64,000 nucleotides of DNA, taken from NCBI RefSeq assembly GCF_006345805.1, contig NC_043006.1:35340001-35404000 (forward strand), in the 5' to 3' direction. Shown here in pieces: positions 53,956 to 64,000 of the stretch. The first letter of the stretch is position 1; each line of letters begins with the position of its first letter. A program made the translations under genes and the position numbers. Under the pieces are notes generated by a model. The model was not told where the DNA came from. It saw only the letters and a program-made list of their open reading frames with translations, and searched no databases. The DNA comes from Octopus sinensis. Lineage: Eukaryota.

Positions 53956-55056
53956 GCAGGCACACACACACGTGCATACATTTGCGTGTGCACACACACA
54001 CGCATACATACATACACACCACACACACATTCAATTGCGTGGCATGTTTCACCTCCGAATTTTGCGAAACTACACTCGCTCTATCTCCGCCTTTGTCTCC
54101 TCTTTTTCCCTCTGTTTCTTTGTATGTGTGTGTCTATAAATGTATGTGTATACATATGCGTGTGTGTGTGCGTTTGGACATGTGTGTTTGTCTATGTGTG
54201 CATCCATGTATGTGTGGGTGTATATATTTATGCGTGTATGTATATGCATGCATGTTATTCTTGTCAATGAGTGTGTGTTCCTGTGTCTGAGCGTGAGTGC
54301 ACCTCTAAAAAAAAAGCAACACTCATTCCGCCATCTTCTCATTCAAACGAAAGCCACGCCGATACATAAGTAATACAGCACGGAAATGAAATATAAAGAC
54401 ACGAGAGAGGAGAAAGCGAGAAATTTAAGAGACCGGATATTGTGAAGACAGGATTTGAACAATATGGCGATTTCCTCTGGAGGCAATTATTTTCTTTCTC
54501 TGCAATTTAGAGGTAAAAATACCCGGAAGGAGAGAAGAACAACAACATATTTAAACTCCGCCAACTGCTACTCGTACGGCCCATCTGAGGAAACGGGCTA
54601 CTTTAAGTGATATATGAGTGCGCGAGCGTGTGTGTATGTGGTGTGTGTGTGTGTGCGTGAGTGTATGTGCGACGCTGTTGTGTGTGCTTGTGTGTTTGTG
54701 TGTGTCCGTTGTGAGAATGTGCGCGTGGTGTTTATGTGTTTTTGTGTGTGTGAATGCAGATATGTATGCATGTTTGTATAGTGGTTGAAAATGCGCTAGA
54801 TCTGCTTATCTGTCTGCCTCTCTCTCTCATTATATATATATATATATATACATACATATATAGACACATGTATATATCCATATATGTATATATATACAAT
54901 ATATACATATGTGATTTGAACTGAGGCTCTCACAGAGTGAGAAAGTCCGGAAGTGAACACTATTAAATTTATATTTAATGTAGGATAAAATTTTTCGAAA
55001 AAACATTTATCGATGGCCAGCATATTAAAAAATAAATTTAAAGGTTAAATTCATAA

Positions 55057-55443
55057 ACAACTTATAAATAAGGGCAAACGAACAATTTTCTAATGTCAAA
55101 TATATTCAAATCGCACATGTCTCAAATGGGCTAGAGAATTTCTATTTTGGGTGTATTTGGGGCATTTAATTGTGCTCATGACTTAGTGTTTGCTTCTTCC
55201 ATGGGTATGAGTAAGTATCTCATTTATTTCTTCGTCGCATTTATCACTGACGAAGGGAGGATTCTTACGAACTAACCCTGAAATCGGTCCGATATGGTAA
55301 TAATGGAATTTTTTAGAAATTTCTGTCGGCCTTTTTTGAGTAGCGTGCGTATTGTGAAAAAATTATAATGCTTATGGACAATGTGTTTAATTTCGGCATA
55401 TTTGGCATTAGAAATTTTTTCCTTTGCCCTTATTTATAAGTTG

Positions 55444-55444
<1 letters not shown>
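55057..55444 (+). mobile_element. Miniature PLE-like element: ~62-bp inverted ends enclosing a hammerhead
   Basis: 55057-55118 (ACAACTTATAAATAAGGGCAAA...CACAT) is the inverted copy of 55381-55444. The right end runs into (TA)n. Confidence 0.65.
55242..55294 (+). ncRNA. Type I hammerhead ribozyme, near-canonical
   Basis: TATCA-CTGACGA-AGGG(18-nt loop)CCCT-GAAA-TCGG-TC|CGATA. The core is canonical, stem II is 4 bp, there is a U.G wobble in stem III and an A.C mismatch at the first stem I pair. Predicted cleavage is after C55289. Confidence 0.65.
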
Positions 55445-55478
<34 letters not shown>

Positions 55479-55775
55479 TCATAAACAAAATAATTGAGAT
55501 CCAGATGAAATATTTACTCAAGTTGAGTCACCAAAAATTAGTGAGGAATTATCCGTACAGGTTCAAATAAGGTGAATAAAGTCTATAAATTAAAACCGAC
55601 CCAAAAATCAGTGACAAGCTAGAACGATAACAAGGTTTTTTTCCTGAAGTCTTAGTAGTTTCTAAGCTGAGGTGAATACAGCATGAACTTTGTTTCCTTA
55701 CACTCTTAGAGGATTTAGGTAAAATTATACAAATGTGTCCGACTGATTAATTATATTCTATTTATTTATGTATTT

Positions 55776-55863
55776 ATGCAGCTAAGGATTACTCTGCATT
55801 TATATTGATGTAATGATTGCATTGTTCAATTAAATGGAGTCGCTTGAAACGATCGTACTGCAT
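55776..55863 (+). ncRNA. Type I hammerhead with a long stem II and a G5>A core mutation
   Basis: ATGCAG-CTAAGGA-[long imperfect stem II]-GAAAC-GATC-GTA|CTGCAT, with a perfect 6-bp stem I and palindromic loop 3. Confidence 0.6.
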
Positions 55864-55978
55864 CACCTCTGGATATCTTGTTGCTTATTCTGGTTATATA
55901 TTTATATATATATATATACTTATATATACATATATATATATAGATACTCACATGTATATATATACACACACATACACA

Positions 55979-56041
<63 letters not shown>

Positions 56042-56846
56042 GTAAGGTAATAAACTATGGAAAGGAAATCCCTGAAAGCGGTGTGTAAAACATCCAATTC
56101 ACTGGTATGTAACTTGAATACCTCAGAAATAAGGGTATAATGCAAATTGCAAACAATAAATTAAATAGAGCGATACAAATGACAATCGAATAATTTATTT
56201 ATATTATAATATGTCACAATATACCATGAATATTATATAATACAACATAAGGAATTATTTAAAAAACAAAAAAACAACAATTTGTTTCGATTTACATACA
56301 TTTTTTTAATATAAAAACAATTCAATTCACTTATATATAAGCCTCATCGGGGCAAATGGTTTGTAGATAGACGAAATTCCGTGTGAAAAAATTGCTGGAT
56401 TGTGAAAATAATAATGCAAATACTTATGTATAATGAGCATCTCAATTACATTAAAGATTTAAAAGAAAAACAACAAAATTATAACGGACAAAATAACTAA
56501 GTAAGTAGAATCTACAACTATTGAAATATATTTTTATATATATATCTTAATTAATATAAATTCAAACCCGTATATATCTAAGATAATCTTTCGCTATTAT
56601 AATAACATACAACAATAATATATAGATAAATAATTAAGTGTCCGGGTCTTTAATCTAGAAACTGTAAGAAAACGTGTTAAAAGATATAATTGTATATTTA
56701 ATATATAATGATTCTTGTATTTATTTAAAGTTATTGATATCAAATAGTTGTCTAAAGTATCTAGCGAAAAGTGTTCTATGTTTATTGTTTATCGTAGGAA
56801 GAATTCCGTAAGAAATATATACATACATAAATACATACATGCATAA

Positions 56847-56919
<73 letters not shown>

Positions 56920-57047
56920 TATACACAAATATATATATATGTATGTATATAGGTATATTCACGCACATACTTATATACATGTATATATGTATGTATATGT
57001 ATGTTTGTATATATGTGTATATACATATGTATATACATATATACATA

Positions 57048-57201
<154 letters not shown>

Positions 57202-57249
57202 GAGAATCAGGCTGTATGAGAGGTGAAAACACCTTTGTTATTTGTATAT

Positions 57250-57492
57250 GATTTTCATATTACGGCCGTTTCGTAATATTCTCCATGTAGTCTTCTGAAT
57301 TTCAACACTCAAAATGATATGCAGATATTTTACATCAATATATATACTTACTATTATATAATACGTTTCTATATTCATAAAGTTATGTACAATAGTGTAA
57401 ACTAACTCGTAGTTAATAAAGCGGAATAATATGGTAACATCCAGAAGTTTTGTAGTACAGAAAATTACAAAACGGCTGTAATCATGAAAATC
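57250..57492. repeat. 33-bp inverted repeats (57250-57282 / 57460-57492) containing decayed hammerhead 3' halves
   Basis: Minus strand reads GAAAC-GGCC-GTA-ATATGAAAATC and plus strand reads AAAAC-GGCT-GTA-ATCATGAAAATC. Each is preceded by a CAGAAG(A) remnant of CTGAAGA. Confidence 0.6.
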
Positions 57493-57881
57493 TATATTAA
57501 TTTCTCATGCCACCTGATTCTACGCTTATTGTTTTCGGCTGTTGAAGTTCGGTGAAACGATTAGTCTTGCTCTAAGTATGCGTTTTCTATTATAGTAAGC
57601 AATGCAGAAATCTGTGGTGTTCATCTAAGAGCGACAGAGCTTCATATTACACAACGTTAAAATGTCACTGTTATATATGTGTTCTTGGGGGAAATGCTGC
57701 CTAGTTAATTGTAAGTGGCACCTGGGTATATTACAGCAGTTATCCAGGTTTAGTGGAAGGTTATAATTGTTTACGTTCACTCTTCTATGTTGCTGAAGGT
57801 GTTCCTCCATACACTCACACACACACACACACGCACAGACACACACACGCACAGACACACACACAATTACATACACACACA

Positions 57882-58022
57882 GAGTTTTCGTTTACTAAAT
57901 CCACTCACAAGGCTGTAGTCGCTCTGAGGCAGTAAAAGACACTTCCGAAGGCGCCAAACCGTGGGACAGAACCCGGGACCATGTGGTCGGGAAGCATAAT
58001 TTTTCTTTGCACACAGCCATGC
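57882..58022 (-). mobile_element. SINE family A 5' part, old copy
   Basis: Minus strand GGCATGGCTGTGTG...CACATGGTCCCGGGTTCTGTCCCACGG...CCTTGTGAGTGGATTTAGTAAACGAAAACT. Confidence 0.7.
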
Positions 58023-58395
58023 CAAAGTAATTCTCATATCATTTGTTGAATTGGTTTTAGGCACGTTTTCCCCAAGATGTAAATAAATCTCTGTGCTGTA
58101 AGAAAGTCAGCTTAACGTATTTCTTTAAACTATATGAATGGTTTAGACAAATGGTTATAGTAACCAAAACAAAACTGCAATAATAATAGCAATAATAATA
58201 ATCGCAACATTTGCCCTGCCAACTTCTTCTGTGTTTCTTCACTGTTATTAATCCCACGCTACAATAGAAGCAGAAAAAAAACTGAAAGGAGACATTTCCT
58301 TATAACAAGCACGCTGACGTCATCAATGGCTTAAGTGGTTTATATATTTATATATGAATTTTGTTGTGTGTGTGTTTGTGCATGTATACATAAAT

Positions 58396-58454
<59 letters not shown>

Positions 58455-60099
58455 TACACATATACACTTGTGTGTGTGCGCGCGCGTCTATAATGTTGAC
58501 ACTATTCTCATTTAGTGGATAATTTCATGATTTTATCACCGCTCTCTTTAACCGTTAATGCAATTAATATAGTTTTCTGTAGTTTTTTCTTCTTTTAATA
58601 TTGGTGGGAATCTAACGAAAGGCTCCGCTCTCTCATTTCCTCCCGCTGCCTATTCCTCCCTCTCTTTCACTTTCCCTCTTTTTTTTGCGTTCTCATTTTT
58701 TTCTCTACATTCATTTTGAGTTCATATTTTTTTACTCCCAACCCTAATCAAATATATTTCAACCATGACCATCCCATCTTAGCAAAATTTTTCTCGTTTC
58801 TTTGTTTAAGCTGACATGATCTGAATTGATCTGAATTGACCTCAAATGGACTCATTTTTTCGCACTTTTTCTCTTTGTTTTAGTTCATAATTTTTTAGTT
58901 GGTAATGGTTTTGTTTAGCCTAATAGGCAAGGTTCGCCATGCATATGGACAAAGGCATCGTAGCCATCTAATCTTTTTTACCCATTTTCAATCAATGCAC
59001 ATCAGATACCCCATTTCTGTGTGTTCCCTTTTTAAGACGATAATCTTAATTTCAGCAAAATTTGGTTGCTATTTCTTGCAAGACAAATGGCAGTGTAGTG
59101 ACTGTGATGTAATAATTATACTACAGAACTTATATCGGTTGCTTTTATTGAAAGAAGCCACAAATTTTAGTGTTCTGGACGAATTGTTTATTTCGTTGTG
59201 TTGGCGATATTTGAACTTAGAACGTAAGTATGTATGTATGTATGTATGTATGTATGTATGTATGTATGTATGTATGTATGTGTGTGTGTGTATGTATGCA
59301 TGCATGTATTTATGTATATGTGACGAATGGGGCGAGTTCGCCCCTCTAGAACTGATCCCAGAAATCAACTACGCAAATACGCTGAAGAGCCTCAAGTTGA
59401 ATACATGTAATCTACGTGGTAGGGAAATTTCCAGGTGATCTGGGCTTACAAGGCACAGCAATTGATATAATCAAAGTGCTGTACAAACTGAGCACTCAGT
59501 CGCCCCACATTAATATGAATGGTGCATCTGCAACAAAAGATTCGAGTTGTTTATTGACTTTAAAGGCCGTTGTAGATCGCAGGGTCACGGAAAAATACAA
59601 CAGAAATAAGATAACTTGTATGCAACAGTCATACTTATGTTAGGAGTCGACATATATCGCATCATGTAAGTATGAATGTATGTATGTGTGTATGCATGTA
59701 TTGTATGTATGTATGCATGCACGTATGCATGTATGCATATATGTATGCATGTATGTATGTAATATCTATTTATGCATGTTTTATGTTTGCATACATGTAT
59801 TTATGCATGTATATATGTATGCATGTATGTATGTATACATGTATGTATATACGTATGCATACTTGCATGTATGTATGCATATATGTATGCATCCATGTAT
59901 GTAATATCTATTTATGCATGTTTTTGTTTGCATATATGTATGTATGCATGCAAATATCTACATATGTATGCATGCTTGCATACTTGCATGCATGTATGCA
60001 TGCATATGTGTATGCATGTATGTGATATATATATAGCCATATTTGTATTACACACCTAGTTCGAGAAGTGCTTAATCATACAAAACTCAATCTACATTT

Positions 60100-60960
60100 T
60101 GTGTAGAGGAACATTCGGATCGATCCTGACATCGGATTTTGGTCCACGACCCTTAAATAATGCCTTCCTTCAATTTACATACGCAGAAAGTAATTGGTCA
60201 CCTGGTTTATTGTACCGTCTTCGGCAGTGTTTTGTTCTTCACGTAGATGAAAACAAAGCAATCTTTTTCTCTTTTCATACTATGGACTTATTTTTGCTAC
60301 TGAGAATGTTTAGTGATTTTGAGTACTTTTAATGCTGTACAGTAGAAAGTATCGTGCCATTTTGCAAAATTTTGCTGTAATACTAATGTTACAATACATC
60401 AATTGAAAACTTTCAGCAACACAGTCAACCAGTTGTATTCAAATATTTGTTTTCACTCTTCGTCAGCTTCGTAATAATCTGTTGTAACTGTTCGATTTTG
60501 TTCAAATGTCATTCTACTGGGATTAAGTTGTGTATAAGAGGTTCCTTTATGTCATCCACTATAGTAGATATTATTCGCATGAACCTATTATGAGCCACTG
60601 TCATGTTATGGTGAATGGCAGCATTAAGCGCAGATAACTTCTTTCCTCTCTTCAGCAAATTACTCACGGTTAATCACTTGTCAGACATTCAATTCCGGTT
60701 GGTTGAATGCCGCCTATTTTGAATAGAAATCCTCTGGTCTCGGCTTTGTTTATTGGTGCTTTTAAATGTTCTCCAAATTTCTAAAGTTTAAACATTCTAA
60801 AGTTATCTTGTTATATTACTGAGGTACCATTGTCTACATTACTATCAGTTAAACTGTTGTTCGTAGCTTGATATGGATATATGCTTTTGACCCGTATCTT
60901 TCAGTAGAAAAAAAAACGTATTCTGGTGGCTATACGACTTTGTCCATCTCCATTTTATTC
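60100..60960 (-). pseudogene. Possible ancient piggyBac-like transposase remnant
   Basis: Scattered minus-strand words occur in the expected order (ERYGSK, NRTVTTDYY, KKIALFSS, KG.VDQ) amid many stops. Pattern recognition only. Confidence 0.3.
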
Positions 60961-61374
60961 TCTTTTATCTGGCTAAATATCTAATGTAAAATATTCGTTC
61001 TGCTGGGGCCGATGACTGACAATAATCTAATGCAGCCTTGTAGTGACTATAGCTTCAAAACATATGTTCTATTCAGTCGGGTTTTACTCAGTGAAAAATA
61101 TCTGGTACAGAACATGCTGAACATTAACACGTTGTAAAGAGGCGGTATGCTGTATGATTCCAGGCTTAATGGGGTCTTTTCCTGCAAGAAAATACATTGA
61201 AATATTTTCCAGTCTAAATGACATTATAGCACATTCTTCTATATTGTAATGGCTGCAACAATGTATGAACCAAAAGGTGTTTTACAAAATACTCCGGCTA
61301 AATACTCGTTAGCGTTTTTTCATAGGCAAATACAGCCACCGCTGTGTCATATTCAGCACTCATATCGGTATCAA

Positions 61375-61512
61375 ATTTTTGACAAAGACAGCAATTTTTT
61401 AAAGGAGGTGGTGGATCAATTACACCGACTTCAGTGTTCAAACGGTTCATATTTCATCCACCTGAAAAGGATAAAAGAAAAAGCCGACCTCAGCGGAATA
61501 TAAATTTAGAAC
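61375..61512 (-). mobile_element. SINE family B fragment
   Basis: Minus strand GTTCTAAATTTATATTCCGCTGAGGTCGGCTTTTTCTTTTATCCTTTTCAGGTGGATGAAAT resembles the family B core. Confidence 0.5.
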
Positions 61513-61949
61513 TTACAGAGCCAGTAAAAATGCTGTTTCATCATTTTCTTCCATCGGTCAGTGGTTCACCGATTTCTAACCATCGCTCATACCAACCACA
61601 GTCGCTTCACAGATTTACGCTTTAAATATGGAAGCCCTCCGATTACAGAACTTTTGGTCAAGTTTAACTTGCCTCTGCAGCTTTGACGTTTCCTATTTTC
61701 CTTCTTATTTGTTGTATGCGGAGGCCAATGTTTAAATAAAATTCATACCTAAATATCTCCTGATTTAATCAATAATCTATGCTGTTGTCATCCAGATCGT
61801 ATTTATCATCCAAAAAAGAAGAAACGAGTTCCCTGTGCTAAAGAGATAAATAAGACTAAGATAAGATTTCTAAATAACAAAACAGCAGTTCAGCGAATTT
61901 AATATACGGCAACTACTCTTGAGATGTTGATCAAATAAGTTTGAGGCTG

Positions 61950-62560
61950 AACCTGTCGTCAAACATACTCAGGCAATATTAGAATGTCTTGCATGTGGTA
62001 AAGAGTGCTTCAAATGTAAGCAGATTACTTTCTAGTCGTATGTAAACCTTTAAAATTGCTGAGGAACTTAAAGAAATTGGATAGGAATATTCTGTATGTA
62101 TTTAGGAAATAGATTTAACACTATGAAAATGGTCAACTCAAAACGTAGACACATCAAAGCTTCAGGAGTGATATGACAATTTCAAAATTGTAATCTTTGA
62201 TTAAAAGTATTTGATAGGTCAGTTATTGGATGTTGTGGCAAGTTCCACAAATCAAGGTAAACTGATATGAATTTTTTGCTACATTATAAAAACATATATG
62301 GAGTGCTTAATCTGAACGTGGTAAGTTTTGTTAATTCAATAAAGATTTATGGCATCGAACATCTTGGAGAATTTCAGAAAATATCAATTTAACATTTTCT
62401 CAAGGAAAATATGAGGCGATATTTTTTCAAGAAAAATTAACCTATACGTATTATACTATTAATCATAGCCATGCTGGGAAAACTAATTAATGAGCGATCT
62501 TTCAGAAGCTACGCTGGAACGATTATCTGGTCCCCTTCTTGATTTACGAAAGGCAGAGAT
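61950..62560 (+). pseudogene. Possible ancient hAT (Buster/Charlie-like) transposase remnant
   Basis: Weak words CLACG, FKIAEELK, AMLGK and IIW occur in plausible order. Heavily decayed. Confidence 0.25.
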
Positions 62561-63019
62561 TTCAAGGTGTTGTAGCAGTAGTATGGGGGTGGCAAGTGTT
62601 GTAATAGCGCGTCGCGACATCACTATTTGTTGGCGATACCCTGCTTTATGCGGATTACAACCGTGCCCTTACGCAGGCAGGCAGGGTGGCAGGCGACAAC
62701 CCTCCAACCCTCCAACCCATGAGTTTGTTTGGGTAGGCGTTATTTTTTAGTCTGATTCTTTATTTACCTATAAAAGGCTAAATATAGATGCTTGACGTTT
62801 TACAAAAACAAGAACAATACAAAGCATGACATAACACAAAGTCGGGGAACTAAAAATTACAAAAAGGAGATGAAAGAAGAAGGAAAAATAAAAGAAACGA
62901 ATGATAATATGAAAGAGTGAATAATGCCCACTCGACCCCCGAAGTCGACTGGTTACATTTTTCCCAGTCTTTTCCCTTTTTCATTAAAAAGTCCACGTAT
63001 ATACCTTTTACTACGCAAC

Positions 63020-63120
63020 GTGAAATAAGTGTTTTGCGTAAGGACACAACACGCTGCCGGTTGCAGGAATCGAACACACGACCTGGAGATAGTGAATGCA
63101 ATACCTTAACCAATACCCGC
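63020..63120 (-). mobile_element. tRNA-SINE head fragment
   Basis: Minus strand ...TGGTTAAGGTATTGCATTCAC...GTGTTCGATTCCTGCAACCGGCAGCGTGTTGTGTCCTTACGCAAAACACTTATTTCA. Confidence 0.55.
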
Positions 63121-64000
63121 CTTCATAGTGGATGCAGCGAAAATAAAGTTGAAATGAAAGTATTCTTTTTAGATTTTTATTCCACATCACCTAGTTATTT
63201 CTTTCTCTTTCTATATTTTCATTTCTTTCTAGCAAGTATTATTCGACTAAACTGGATTTAAAAGCGGCGCATCATTAAATGCAAATGTGTTTTGTAAAAG
63301 GAAAAGTTACTCTGATAAATATACCAATCGATCTTCCTTTTGCATGAATATGTCTTCGATAAGGAATCCAAACTGTAGTTGATATGCTTCAGAGAGCAGA
63401 TGAACATGTTGCACGTGACATAATGTTATTTATCAAGATGATATATGTATTGGTGCTAAAGCTGTTGAAAATGTACATATCAAGGCAGATAAGATCATAA
63501 AAAGAGTGGAATGATCAGGCATGGTGATCAATCTAACTGGGTTTGTGTTAGTGATTGATAAATTGTTTTTTTGTCAGATATAGACAAACAAAGAATGAAT
63601 ATCACCAGATCAGCGTTTGGTAGTGAGAACTATAGATGTAAAACCAACCAAGGATGCATCCCAGTTAGGATCTGTTTTCAGATCTGTACATTTTTACAGG
63701 AAATAGATTAATCATTATTCAGACAAAAAACACCGCTGAATCACTCGTTGAACGTAGCGTTGAATTTTCTTCACGAGTCCAACAACAGAAGGCTTTTGTG
63801 TAAACTAAACTGCCCAGAGAATCAAAGCCAGTGATTCAAATTTAAGATGTCGTAAAAGACATTAAGTTGACCTTAAGTGGTGGAAATTAAAACACAATAT
63901 CATGAATATGTCCAATAAGACGTACATACTCTACTCTATTTCCCAAAAGTATGAACCATTGCTGAAAATGAAATACTTCAATATTAAATCACATATCTTG

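Noticed and set aside
62460-62750. GC/CpG-richer island with an 86-aa ORF, a possible promoter or 5' exon
   Set aside because: No recognisable motif or homology, and it partly overlaps the weak hAT-like remnant; insufficient evidence.

Overview
This is a 64-kb, AT-rich eukaryotic window saturated with microsatellites. I could not recognise any intact host protein-coding gene; nearly all ORFs in the track are microsatellite read-throughs. The repeat families (tRNA-derived SINEs with internal (TA)/(TG) tracts, (TAA)n-targeted R4/Dong LINEs, Penelope-like elements) resemble those I recall from octopod cephalopod genomes, but that assignment is from memory, not a search. Best-supported features: (1) a young Penelope-like element (PLE) at 657-4125 built as two ~99%-identical inverted arms with a twin-priming-like internal inversion, each arm carrying a minimal type I hammerhead ribozyme (HHR) with a compensated U3-A8 core; (2) several further HHR motifs from unrelated short PLE-like elements, plus fold-back palindromes whose edges fall on HHR landmarks (cleavage triplet or stem I); (3) stacked R4/Dong 3' ends and an unclassified ~557-bp element in (TAA)n tracts; (4) tandem non-autonomous Helitrons, a DD37D (maT) transposase pseudogene, an RTE remnant, MITEs, many SINEs and a dispersed 5S rRNA copy. 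The most promising candidate for something undescribed is the link between PLE hammerheads and fold-back DNA formation. All alignments and folds were done by eye.
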